IMG/VR virus record: IMGVR_UViG_3300044675_005263
Coordinates: 41,347-105,346 of that record
Length of the DNA: 64,000 bases
Origin: a virus
Reading direction: 5' to 3' (one strand)
Shown here piece by piece: positions 36,283-46,286 of the stretch (position 1 is the stretch's first letter; each line of letters begins with the position of its first letter). Under the pieces are notes generated by a model, which saw nothing but the letters and a program-made list of their open reading frames with translations, made no database searches and was not told the origin of the DNA. Both the position numbers and the translations under genes were made by a program.

Positions 36283-39200
36283 GTGCGTCCTCGTTTACGC
36301 AAAATTAAAGTAAGGATTGGCGCTAAAGCCATCTCTTATATTCTTGCTGTCCCAATAACCTCTGTTATCTATGGGATACTTAACCCATCAGCCGCTATCG
36401 CTGAGGACGCAACTCCTCAAGATCAAGGAGGTACTGGAAACACTAATGCAGTATCCAGTGCGTCGTCGGAGGTGATCCCAACAGACACTTCAGTGGAACC
36501 AACGCAAGGTCCACTAGCTGAAGCGTCAACTGCTGTAGCAACAGCAGAATCTACTGTAACAACACTAGAAACAAAAATCACTCAAATTACGGAGGTAGCA
36601 GCATCAATATCAGAACTTTCTCCAGTAGTCACAGAAGCTATTCAAAATGCGACTAGCTCAGTAACAGAAGCTGATAATGCTACGCAAACAGCAAGTTCAA
36701 CAATCTCAGCAGCGGAGACAGCAGTTGCAACATCGGAAGCTGCCAATCAAACTTTGGCCCAAGCAACCTCCACAGTTGCGACCCAAACAGCAGTCGTAGA
36801 GACAGCACAGACAACTTTAACTCAAGCATCAACTGCAGTTGATACACAAGAAGCAGTAGTTACTCAAGCTGCAACAACTGCAACATCAGCTCAAGCAGAA
36901 GCAGATGCAGCAAACACATCTACAACAGTTACAGAGACTTTTGCTAATAACACAACAAGCGTTGTCACTATTACAACTGGAACAACAACTGTAACATCAT
37001 CTACAGGTAGTACAGGGGTTTCGATTGGTGGAAACTGGAATACTCCTCAAACTTCAGGATCTGGTCTTGTAATTATTAGTCCAGCAAACAATGTTGTTAT
37101 TGATGTCAATCCATCTAACACTGGAACAGTCACACAAGTTGTAATGGGTGTCTATGCTAAAAATGGCGACACACCAATCATAACAACAAATACTGATGGA
37201 ACCACAACCACAACCGTTATGGATAACAACGTATCTCCCGAGCTTCAGTCTGTTAGCTACACTACAACAGAGACTGTTACTGGTACAAACATCGACACTG
37301 TTACTATTGTAAAAGACGCTGACTATTATGTCGTAGATAACATTGTAATTACAAAAACAACCTCAGACCCAACTCTTGTAGCAGCAGCTCAGTCAGCAGC
37401 TACTACTTTATCTACAGAGCAAGCAACTCTTACAACTTTACAAACAGCAGAAGCTACTGCTACTACAGCTTTATCTACAGCTCAAAACACACTTACTACT
37501 GCTCAAACAGAACAATCTACAGCTCAGATAGTTGCAGCAACAGCTGAAACAGTTGCTACGACTGCTACTACAACTGCAGTTGCATTAGTAGAACCAGCAG
37601 TTATTGCTGTAGCAGAAGCAGTAGTTACAGTTGCCGAGACTCAAATCATTGTGGCTGCAGCAGCAGTAGAGACCGTGTCCAACACATTACAGACAGTTGT
37701 TGCATCATCAGATGCTTTGCCACTACAGAAACCAGAAATAGTTGCAGTAGTTGATGCTGCTGTAGATGCAGTTGTTGAAGCTCAGGAAGCAGTTGAAGCA
37801 GCACAGACTGCTATGGAAACAGCCACGACTCTTGCTCAGACAGCTCCTACAGTAGAAGCAGCAACAGAAGTAGTTGCAGACAAAACAGAAGTCCTAGCTC
37901 AAGCTCAAGAAGCAGTAGATGCCCAAGAAGTTGTAGTCGAAGCTGCAGCTACAACAGAAGCAGCAGCTCAAGCTGTGGTTGATTCTGCTACCTCTGCAGG
38001 GCTTAAAGTAGAGGTCTATGACGTTAATGGGCAGAACAACGCACCAACTCTTCCTGCGAATGCAGTTCCAATTCATACCACTACAGATACAAATGGAATC
38101 AACGAGCAGTGGGGTAGTGGACCAGTTGCTGGCTCTAATAGATCAGAAGATGTCATCGTCAAGTACACAGGTAATTGGACTCCTCAAACTACTGGAACTC
38201 AGTACCTACACGCATCAGCAGATGATGGGACAAGGCTTTATCTAGATGGAGAACTTGTTATAAACGATTGGTATGACAAAGGTGGAGGTGGATCTACAGC
38301 TGATGTAGAGACAACTGCTGGAGTAGGTAAAGTTTTTGAGTTTTGGTACTACGAAAATGGTGGCGGAGCTGCTGTAATTTTAATGCGCTATACAGATACT
38401 GGATGGGAAGTAATTCCTGGTTCAGAGTTTAGTACTACATCTGCCACTTCAACACAGCTAGCTACTTTGTCAGCAGCAGAAACCGTTCTTACTCAAGAGC
38501 AGGACGAGCTTGAAGTTTTAGATTTAGAGGAAGATGTTGCACAACAAAACCTAGCAGGAGCACAGCAGAATCTAGTCGTAGCTGAGCAAGCAGTTCAAGC
38601 TATGGAGACTGCAGTAGTTCTAGCTCAGATAGCAATTACAGAAACAGTTGAAGCAATTTCAGCTGTACAAACTGCACAGACAGTAGTTCAACAAGAAGTT
38701 ATTCTTCAGAGCCCTATTGGAGCTCCAAGTAATATTGTTGTTACTCAACTAAGTAATGGTGATGTCCAAGTTTCGTGGGATCCACCAACAGGTGTAATCA
38801 CACCAGAACGTTACGCAATCTCTTGGTCTATCGGAGGTAGCGGTTGGGGTGTAGCAACTGGTAACGCAGGAGATGCTAATGCTTTAAACACAACCATTGT
38901 TCTTTCAGCAGCTTTGTTTGAAAGCACTGGTGGGTTAGATAATACTTATCAAATATCTGTTAGATCAGATAACGATTCTCTTGCTAAATATTCAGACATA
39001 GTTGCTACTCAAGTTTTTGTTGATGACCTAACTCCTCCACCTCCTCCACCTCCTCCTGTAGAACCAGAACCTGAAGAACCACCAACTATTGACCCACCTG
39101 TGGAACCAGAACCAGAAGAACCTCCAGCTGAAGAACCTCCAGCTGAAGAACCTCCAGCTGAAGAACCTCCAGCTGAAGAACCTCCTGCAGAAGAACCTCC

Positions 39201-40092
39201 AGCTGAAGAACCTCCAGCAGAAGAACCTCCAGCAGAAGAGCCACCTGCAGAAGAGCCACCTGCAGAAGAACCTCCAGCTGAAGAACCTCCAGCTGAAGAA
39301 CCTCCTGCAGAAGAACCTCCAGCTGAAGAACCTCCAGCAGAAGAGCCACCTGCAGAAGAGCCACCTGCAGAAGAGCCACCTGCAGAAGAACCTCCAGCTG
39401 AAGAACCTCCAGCAGAAGAGCCACCTGCAGAAGAACCTCCAGCAGAAACTACAGAAGAAGAGATTGATGCTGCTGTAGAAGATGTTATTAGTGATGGCAA
39501 GTTAAGTGCTGCTGACGCTGAAGAAATTCTTGATGCTCTTAATGCAGATGGAGAAATTACTAAAGACGAAGTTAACAATCTTTCTGATGCTTTAGCTGCT
39601 GATGGAAAATTGACAGAAGCTGAAAAAGACCTTGTCGCAGATGCTCTTATTGAGTCAGTTGCACCAGGCGAAACTTTGACTAAAGAACAGATCCAAGATG
39701 CTGGAATTGAGTATCAAGACCTACCTCCAGAGACTCCTGTCGAGGTACGTCAAGACGAGAATGGTAACGAAATTATCATTATCGCTGAGGTAGCAGCAGC
39801 GCTAGAATTGATTGCTGATCCAGGCGCATTGGTAGATGCAATATTTACTGACCCTGCACAAGCGTTACTTGCATTGACAAGTCTTGGTGCAGATATGTCT
39901 GAAGAAGAACGTGAAGAAGCAGAGAAAATGGTTTTAGCTACAGTTGTTGTAGGACAAGCAGTGGCAGCTGCTGTAGCGGTAGCAGGAACAGCTACAGGCG
40001 GTACTGGAGCACCTAGCGGTGGTAGCAGTGGCGGCGGGTCAGGCGGAGGAGCTCCGTCTGGAGGATCGGCAACGAGAAGGAGAAAGCCATGA
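36283..40092 (+). CDS. giant secreted/surface protein: Ala/Thr coiled coil, PA14, FN3, EEPPA linker, C-terminal hydrophobic anchor
   Basis: signal peptide ending AIA; ADDGTRLYLDG...WYYENGGGA; APSNI...VSWDPP; hydrophobic tail + RRRK. Confidence 0.8.
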   Translation: MRPRLRKIKVRIGAKAISYILAVPITSVIYGILNPSAAIAEDATPQDQGGTGNTNAVSSASSEVIPTDTSVEPTQGPLAEASTAVATAESTVTTLETKITQITEVAASISELSPVVTEAIQNATSSVTEADNATQTASSTISAAETAVATSEAANQTLAQATSTVATQTAVVETAQTTLTQASTAVDTQEAVVTQAATTATSAQAEADAANTSTTVTETFANNTTSVVTITTGTTTVTSSTGSTGVSIGGNWNTPQTSGSGLVIISPANNVVIDVNPSNTGTVTQVVMGVYAKNGDTPIITTNTDGTTTTTVMDNNVSPELQSVSYTTTETVTGTNIDTVTIVKDADYYVVDNIVITKTTSDPTLVAAAQSAATTLSTEQATLTTLQTAEATATTALSTAQNTLTTAQTEQSTAQIVAATAETVATTATTTAVALVEPAVIAVAEAVVTVAETQIIVAAAAVETVSNTLQTVVASSDALPLQKPEIVAVVDAAVDAVVEAQEAVEAAQTAMETATTLAQTAPTVEAATEVVADKTEVLAQAQEAVDAQEVVVEAAATTEAAAQAVVDSATSAGLKVEVYDVNGQNNAPTLPANAVPIHTTTDTNGINEQWGSGPVAGSNRSEDVIVKYTGNWTPQTTGTQYLHASADDGTRLYLDGELVINDWYDKGGGGSTADVETTAGVGKVFEFWYYENGGGAAVILMRYTDTGWEVIPGSEFSTTSATSTQLATLSAAETVLTQEQDELEVLDLEEDVAQQNLAGAQQNLVVAEQAVQAMETAVVLAQIAITETVEAISAVQTAQTVVQQEVILQSPIGAPSNIVVTQLSNGDVQVSWDPPTGVITPERYAISWSIGGSGWGVATGNAGDANALNTTIVLSAALFESTGGLDNTYQISVRSDNDSLAKYSDIVATQVFVDDLTPPPPPPPPVEPEPEEPPTIDPPVEPEPEEPPAEEPPAEEPPAEEPPAEEPPAEEPPAEEPPAEEPPAEEPPAEEPPAEEPPAEEPPAEEPPAEEPPAEEPPAEEPPAEEPPAEEPPAEEPPAEEPPAEEPPAEEPPAETTEEEIDAAVEDVISDGKLSAADAEEILDALNADGEITKDEVNNLSDALAADGKLTEAEKDLVADALIESVAPGETLTKEQIQDAGIEYQDLPPETPVEVRQDENGNEIIIIAEVAAALELIADPGALVDAIFTDPAQALLALTSLGADMSEEEREEAEKMVLATVVVGQAVAAAVAVAGTATGGTGAPSGGSSGGGSGGGAPSGGSATRRRKP
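39115..39444 (+). repeat. 22 tandem 15-bp units encoding EEPPA
   Basis: GAAGARCCWCCWGCW x22. Confidence 0.95.
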
Positions 40093-40265
40093 AGGACTTC
40101 CTAAGAGATGTCATTGATCAGGTCTGGACCTTGCTAGGCATGTTTATTGCTTGGCTAGTCCTTGATGGATCTGCAAAGACAATCGTGGGCTATGCCATCA
40201 TTTTTGCGATGGTTGTTTGGTGGGCCACATACCCACTCCGCAACGCTCGTGATGATGACGAATAG
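40089..40265 (+). CDS. small two-TM protein (not in ORF track)
   Basis: MKDFLRDVIDQVWTLLGMFIAWLVLDGSAK...; ATGA-coupled. Confidence 0.75.
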   Translation: MKDFLRDVIDQVWTLLGMFIAWLVLDGSAKTIVGYAIIFAMVVWWATYPLRNARDDDE

Positions 40266-40339
40266 CCCTACTTGACTTATCCTACTACTTATGTCTAGAA
40301 TAGACTCTGACACATGCCAGAGACATAATTGGAGACATA

Positions 40340-40798
40340 ATGAACGCAGAGCTTGTACAAGAGTATAAAGCAAAGATCGAACCAATCCTACCTTTGGCCA
40401 AAAAAGCTTTTGGCTCAAGAGAGCAAAAAACCCCCGCTCACGATGCAAGTCGTGAGTATACGAGACTGTTAATTGAGTTTCACAAGCGTGGCGGAAGCCT
40501 TCCAAAGCTAGCAAAAGAACTTAAGGTTGCTTACGCTGGAGTGCGCCGTCGTGTTGTAATGGATGATGTTGCTGTATCACGAGAGAAGACTTCTATTCGT
40601 TTGACACCAGAACAAGTTCAAGAAGCAGCTAAACGTGTAGTAAACGCAAAAAATGAAAGCGTAGATGCTTATCACGATCAATTAGCTAAGGAATACCAAT
40701 CTGGTATTTCTCTCTCAAATCTTGCAAAAGCAATGGGCTTAAGTTCCGCAGCACCTCTATACTATGGAGTACAAAGAAGTCTTCAGCGCATAGGTTAG
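40340..40798 (+). CDS. DNA-binding protein with two HTH-like repeats
   Basis: GGSLPKLAKELKV and GISLSNLAKAMGL; promoter TTGACT-N18-TAGAAT at 40272-40301. Confidence 0.65.
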   Translation: MNAELVQEYKAKIEPILPLAKKAFGSREQKTPAHDASREYTRLLIEFHKRGGSLPKLAKELKVAYAGVRRRVVMDDVAVSREKTSIRLTPEQVQEAAKRVVNAKNESVDAYHDQLAKEYQSGISLSNLAKAMGLSSAAPLYYGVQRSLQRIG

Positions 40799-40804
40799 GT
40801 AGTA

Positions 40805-42214
40805 ATGGCTAAAAGCATGATGGAGCACATTGCTCTTCTTCCAGAAGAAGAACGCAATGCAATTTTGGCTGATCTTGATATGGAACACGTTAAGTGGGAC
40901 TGGCGTATGTGGGGTCGACCAGAACAGATTGCTCCTGAAGGCGATTGGAATATTTGGATTTATCTTGCAGGACGTGGAGCGGGTAAGACCCGCTCTGCGT
41001 CCGAATGGGTAAGAGAGCAAGCAAGATACACAACAACAGGTCAACGACGTTTTGCATTAGTTGCTCGTACTGCAGCAGATGTGCGTGACGTTATTGTTGA
41101 AGGTGAATCAGGAATTATGAATGTGACGCCACCAAGTGAGCGTCCATTATACGAACCATCAAAGCGCCGACTAACTTGGCCTAATGGGAATACCGCAACA
41201 TGTTTTACCGCAGATGAACCAGACTCACTTCGTGGTCCGCAGTTCACTCATGCTTGGGGCGACGAGATTGCAGCATGGAGACAAACTCCAGATGCTGCTG
41301 GTATGACTGCTTTTGATAACTTGCGTGTTGGTACTCGTCTTGGAGCATCTCCACAGATTATGGTCACTACAACACCAAAGCGTGTTCCACTTTTGTACTC
41401 ACTTATGTCAGAAGCAGAAAAAACTGGCAAGGTTGTAATTAGTCGTGGTAGCACAATGGATAACGCTGGAAACCTTAGCTCAACATATCTTGACACAATT
41501 ACTGGCGTATATGCTGGAACTAGACTTGCTGCTCAGGAACTTTACGGCGAAATGCTTTCAGATGTTGAAGGTGCTTTGTGGACTATTGAAATGATCGAAG
41601 CATCACGGCACGGAGTCCTTCCACCGCAAGCACCGTTGCGTGTTATCGGTGTTGACCCGTCTGTTGCAGAAAATCCACGAGATGAATGTGGAATTGTAGT
41701 TTGTGCTTCTACTGCAGATAGAGATCTTTATAAGCGTCACGCTTGGGTACTTGAAGACGCATCTGTTTTAGGTTCACCTGAAGTTTGGGCTAATAAAGTT
41801 GTTGAGATGGCTAGACGTTGGGGTTGTCCAGTAGTAGCTGAAGTAAATCAAGGTGGAGCGCTAGTTCGTCAAGCGATTAATGCTATTGATCCAAATGTTA
41901 AAGTTTTAGAAGTCCATTCGAAGTATGGTAAGGCACTTCGTGCTGAGCCTACGGTTCTTGCATATGAGCAAGGTCGTGTTCATCACATTGGCTACTTAGC
42001 TGATCTTGAGTCGCAAATGACAGCGTGGATTCCAGGAGATTCAAAATCTCCAGACCGTGTAGATGCACTAGTACATGCACTCACCGCATTAATGATTAAA
42101 CCACCTGAAGGTTTTACTGGTGGCCGCATTACCGCAAAGTCTCCATCCGCAAGAAGACTTCCACCGTTTAGAGGTGGCGGAGGTGGAGCTAGGGTGTTTA
42201 GTCCTAAAGGCTAG
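40805..42214 (+). CDS. terL: terminase large subunit
   Basis: AGRGAGKT, LRGPQF..AWGDE, TTTP, GVDP, EVNQGG, SPDRVDA. Confidence 0.95.
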   Translation: MAKSMMEHIALLPEEERNAILADLDMEHVKWDWRMWGRPEQIAPEGDWNIWIYLAGRGAGKTRSASEWVREQARYTTTGQRRFALVARTAADVRDVIVEGESGIMNVTPPSERPLYEPSKRRLTWPNGNTATCFTADEPDSLRGPQFTHAWGDEIAAWRQTPDAAGMTAFDNLRVGTRLGASPQIMVTTTPKRVPLLYSLMSEAEKTGKVVISRGSTMDNAGNLSSTYLDTITGVYAGTRLAAQELYGEMLSDVEGALWTIEMIEASRHGVLPPQAPLRVIGVDPSVAENPRDECGIVVCASTADRDLYKRHAWVLEDASVLGSPEVWANKVVEMARRWGCPVVAEVNQGGALVRQAINAIDPNVKVLEVHSKYGKALRAEPTVLAYEQGRVHHIGYLADLESQMTAWIPGDSKSPDRVDALVHALTALMIKPPEGFTGGRITAKSPSARRLPPFRGGGGGARVFSPKG

Positions 42215-42615
42215 TTAGATAGTTTTCTTTTAGCTGCAAGCTCTTCAAAGTTTTTAACTTTTGTATCTCCTAGATATCCCCAAGCATAGCCATCGGCAAC
42301 AAGAGCTTCGTTAACAGACTTCTCTGCACCATCTAAAAAGATCCAACCAAGAATGCGCCCATATTTTTCTGAGCTATCTGGGAGCTCTGTTCTAATAACA
42401 ACTAGCTCAGCTTTGCTAAGCACATCTTTAAGACGCTGCTTTGACTCAAGACCAAGAGCTTTTTCCATCTTGTCTTTTGTTCGTGACTCTGGGGTATCAA
42501 TTCCAGCAAGGCGAACCCTCTGCGAGTAGGAAATGTTAAACCCTAGATCAAGCTCGACATCAATGGTATCCCCATCAACAACGCCAGTTACTTTCTTTAC
42601 ACGGTATTCATACAT
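42211..42615 (-). CDS. thermonuclease (SNase) family nuclease
   Basis: VVDGDT, RVRLAGIDTPE, KYGRIL. Confidence 0.92.
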   Translation of the reverse strand: MYEYRVKKVTGVVDGDTIDVELDLGFNISYSQRVRLAGIDTPESRTKDKMEKALGLESKQRLKDVLSKAELVVIRTELPDSSEKYGRILGWIFLDGAEKSVNEALVADGYAWGYLGDTKVKNFEELAAKRKLSN

Positions 42616-42648
42616 ACCATAAAAGATACAGTAACTGGCAAATGGTGA

Positions 42649-45306
42649 TTATCTAATATATCTAGTTGCTTCCATCCAATTGACGTCTCCATGGATGTTA
42701 GTAGGGACTGGTGCTGGAGCTTTATACATTCCATGCACAACTGCCTTAGCACCGCTTCCTTCAACTCTTAGATTACGCTCACGGAGCTTACGGTCAAATC
42801 CAATCTGAGTAAGTGGACGCTCTCCACGATCCTCACTCCAGTTACGATAATGGAGGAATAGTGCCTTAACTAGGATACTTGTACCCTCAACTTTAACAGT
42901 TTCCTCATCTAAGAATAAAGCAATTCGATCCTCATTCTTACGATACATCTCTGCAGCTTCAGATACGACTTTGCACCAACCAAGACCATCTCTTTGACTA
43001 GAGCCAAGAACCTTCATCGCTCCTTCTACTGCCCACGAGAAGATTGCTGGGAGACCACCTTCTGGATCGAATAAGTATTCTTTTAAGGTTGGGTCTGAGT
43101 GCTCAGGAGTTTTTAACATCGGGATTGGTCGGATACGACGCCACATAGCATCATCAGTAATGATTGGTCTGTGGTTAGTTGTAATCCATACTTTAATTTG
43201 AGACTTAAATGTAAATGGCTTTTCTCCTGGAGAACGAGCAGTAATTTCTTCTGAACCAGTTAGTTTCTTAACCGAGTTCTCTTTTAACCGTTCGTTGTCT
43301 GGAAGCTCATCTACCCAAGCTAATCTGCGTCCACGCATTTCAGCCCAGTGGTAAAGATCTGTATTGTGATTAGAGCCACCATCTGCTGCTAGAACTCCAG
43401 AGTCCATAGCGTATGCATACTGACTACTACCCAAACACTTAACAATAGACTCGACAAGAGTGTTTTTACCAGAACCTGCAGGACCGTAAACTAAAAACAT
43501 TAAGTCATATTGATTGTGACCTGTCATTGAATATCCAGCAGCACGCTGGAGCCAATCCTGAAACTCTTTATCTCCATCTGTAGCAAAGTCTAAAAATTGT
43601 TGCCAACGCATATTAGTTAAGCCACGAGTATATGCAACAGGTGCACGCTTTGTTATATAAAGATCTGGACGACCCTTAAGCAACTCTCCAGTACGAAGAT
43701 CAACAACACCATTAAGAGTTCCAATTAAATTAGGATCGGCATCCCACTTCTCAACATCTACACGAATTCGTGGATCTGAGTTTGCATTCTTGACAGCAGC
43801 TTTTAGTCTTGCTTCAGACTTTGCTTGAGCAGCCCACGCAATTACTTGAGTTTGATCTTCTGGCTTATAGCGACCAGTCTCTGTTGCAACTAATGCACCA
43901 AGTTTTTTAGCAGTCTCTTGCATATGCAGTTCTTCTGCATCTGGCTTCCAGTAACCATTGCTCCACACAAACCAACCAAGGCTAGGTGTGTAGCGAAGTG
44001 CTTGACCAAATGAGTCAATTAAACGACGACCGTTACCAGTGTCGGATAGCGAACGACCCTTCCAATCAGGTCCTCTATCTTCTTCATTAATTGCATCTTG
44101 ATCGAATACAGCTCCCATATTACGATTAGATGATGCTTCTTCTAAAGACATTCCATCTTTGATTGATTCAGAAACCTTACCGCCAATAGTTCCCGGCAAA
44201 TTATAAGTATCGCTATCAGAAGAATAAACATCAATATTATGCTTTGGTCCTGGATATACAACTCCAGTAAGTGCAGTCAGTCCAGTATTTTCAGAAGAGT
44301 TCTTCTCTCTTTCAGTATTTTCAACCATAAGACGTGCATGGTCCGAAGCACCAGGCCAAATCTTATCAATCATGGGGTGCTTTATAACAAAATCAATAGC
44401 TCGCTCGGTGTGCATGATGACAGAGTTCTTTCCATCTAATGGCATCGGTGGACGAACCTTTTCGCCATTGAAACGAATCATAAATGAAATAAGAGCTTCA
44501 CGACCTACTGGTGTATGTACTGGAAACTTATTAGCAAGGGAGCAAGCAAGTTGAAAAAGCTTTACAGCTCTTTCACCTTCATCTATACCCGAGTTAAGAA
44601 TCCCATCTACATCTACTCCTTGACTCACTGAATCTTCTAAAAGCGAATCCCAGTCTGCAGTTTGGTATTTGTTGCTACCAGAAACTTTTCTATTTTTTCT
44701 AATAGGTATAAGTAGTTCTTCTGGTGCCTCTGCCATGGGAATTGCCCAAGGTTCTTTACCTTCTACCCATTCATATGTAATCCCAGAAAAGTGACGTGAT
44801 GGAGATATAAGAACATATCCGTTATGTTTTACGTCAATACCTTTAAATCCAAGAGAAGACAGATTTCCAATTAAAGATTCACCTTCATCACATTTGTAAA
44901 ACAAATGACGACCACGAATTATTTTCCCACCAATTTCATATTGACCTGTAGTTGCCTCAACTGTTGGAGGAAGCGCACCATCTACATATGCTTCAAATTT
45001 GTCATATGCAGTATCTCCACCAGAACGTGGATCAATATCAATTACAAGAAAACCAGAAGCTTTACAATTTACGCCAACATTGTATTCAGCATTTGTTTCC
45101 CACCAAGTATGTACTTTTGCTATGTCAGAACTTGATTCAACATTCCAAGCATTAATAGCTGGGTGTTTTCCAATATCTTTGGATTCCATGTGAGACTGAC
45201 CGCATGTACAGCGACCATCAACAATGCCGTGACAAGGAAGAATTTCCCAACCATTTGCTGCATACCATGCAGTTGCCTTCTTAAATCTATCGGCGTTTGT
45301 TGTCAC
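42649..45306 (-). CDS. bifunctional primase-polymerase + D5-like SF3 helicase
   Basis: CTCG..H..GKHP, VIDIDPR, GRHLFY; SDTGNG, GPAGSGKN, WVDE, TTNHRP, AMWRR. Confidence 0.93.
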   Translation of the reverse strand: MTTNADRFKKATAWYAANGWEILPCHGIVDGRCTCGQSHMESKDIGKHPAINAWNVESSSDIAKVHTWWETNAEYNVGVNCKASGFLVIDIDPRSGGDTAYDKFEAYVDGALPPTVEATTGQYEIGGKIIRGRHLFYKCDEGESLIGNLSSLGFKGIDVKHNGYVLISPSRHFSGITYEWVEGKEPWAIPMAEAPEELLIPIRKNRKVSGSNKYQTADWDSLLEDSVSQGVDVDGILNSGIDEGERAVKLFQLACSLANKFPVHTPVGREALISFMIRFNGEKVRPPMPLDGKNSVIMHTERAIDFVIKHPMIDKIWPGASDHARLMVENTEREKNSSENTGLTALTGVVYPGPKHNIDVYSSDSDTYNLPGTIGGKVSESIKDGMSLEEASSNRNMGAVFDQDAINEEDRGPDWKGRSLSDTGNGRRLIDSFGQALRYTPSLGWFVWSNGYWKPDAEELHMQETAKKLGALVATETGRYKPEDQTQVIAWAAQAKSEARLKAAVKNANSDPRIRVDVEKWDADPNLIGTLNGVVDLRTGELLKGRPDLYITKRAPVAYTRGLTNMRWQQFLDFATDGDKEFQDWLQRAAGYSMTGHNQYDLMFLVYGPAGSGKNTLVESIVKCLGSSQYAYAMDSGVLAADGGSNHNTDLYHWAEMRGRRLAWVDELPDNERLKENSVKKLTGSEEITARSPGEKPFTFKSQIKVWITTNHRPIITDDAMWRRIRPIPMLKTPEHSDPTLKEYLFDPEGGLPAIFSWAVEGAMKVLGSSQRDGLGWCKVVSEAAEMYRKNEDRIALFLDEETVKVEGTSILVKALFLHYRNWSEDRGERPLTQIGFDRKLRERNLRVEGSGAKAVVHGMYKAPAPVPTNIHGDVNWMEATRYIR

Positions 45307-45503
45307 TAACTGATCCTTTCCCTTGGTCTATGGCGTCACCTTATCAATAGAACCACAATAGGTAAAGGACCCAAGGTCTAGGATTTTCTGGCGTAAGAAT
45401 AAGTATACATCAGACCCAAAGAAAAACCTATGTAGGCTCAAAAGCAGTTATACTATATCTACTATACCCTTCTATATAGTCTTCTTAGGTCTGGAGAGAT
45501 TCC

Positions 45504-45839
45504 GTGTCTGATATGTCTGTGCTTACTACTATCATGTTAGTTATTGGAACTGTCACGGCAGTAGGCGCTTTTATGTTCAGCATCTATAAAATTGCTAAGA
45601 GGGTAGATCAAGCAATTGGCGTAGATGCTCAAGGAAAAACCCTTTCTGAGCGTATGTCAAGAGTAGAGCACCAGCTTTGGGAAAATGGTGGCGGATCGCT
45701 TAAAGATCAGGTAAATGATGTACAGAAATGTCAGACAGAGATGAATGCCAAAATGGGTGTAATTGAGGGATTGCTTTTAGCAATGGTTGAGCCTAAGCCA
45801 AAAAGGTCTCGTAAAGCAAATTTAAATATCGTAGAGTAA
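45504..45839 (+). CDS. membrane-anchored protein (NGGxSLKD motif)
   Basis: N-terminal TM; ENGGGSLKDQV. Confidence 0.7.
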   Translation: MSDMSVLTTIMLVIGTVTAVGAFMFSIYKIAKRVDQAIGVDAQGKTLSERMSRVEHQLWENGGGSLKDQVNDVQKCQTEMNAKMGVIEGLLLAMVEPKPKRSRKANLNIVE

Positions 45840-45995
45840 AACAATACTTTTTTAAAGCACTTTTATTTTAAGTGCGACACGCCAACTTCCCATAGTCAAA
45901 CTCTAAAAGTAGTGGTAATGTTATCTGCTATCTAACCTGTCGAGTTATCTTTTACTTTAGGGTTAGTACAAACTCTACTTTATAGGAGATAAATA

Positions 45996-46286
45996 GTGAG
46001 TCTAGCGGAGAAGTTAAAAGAAGCAACTAGGTCCTCACCAGGGCTCCCTTGCGGTATAGCAAAGCTTATGGCTTCTGTAAATGAAGAAGACAGAGAAGCT
46101 TTAGAAATTGTATTTTCCACTAAGTCAGTTAAAGGGACTATCTCCAATGTCCAGCTCCATGAGCTTCTTTTAGGTGAAGGGCATGACATTGCTTTTGCTT
46201 CAATAAGACTTCACAGAGGGCAGAGATGTCGTTGTTATATAGGTCAAGAAGCTCGCCAAGCGGCTGAAGCTAAGGCCAAGAAATGA
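45996..46286 (+). CDS. small zinc/HTH protein preceding the phosphoesterase
   Basis: PC...HR..RCRC. Confidence 0.7.
   Translation: MSLAEKLKEATRSSPGLPCGIAKLMASVNEEDREALEIVFSTKSVKGTISNVQLHELLLGEGHDIAFASIRLHRGQRCRCYIGQEARQAAEAKAKK

Noticed and set aside
19132-45306. Introns or inteins in nrdJ, terL, thyX or primase
   Set aside because: Lengths are normal and motifs continuous; no intein termini seen
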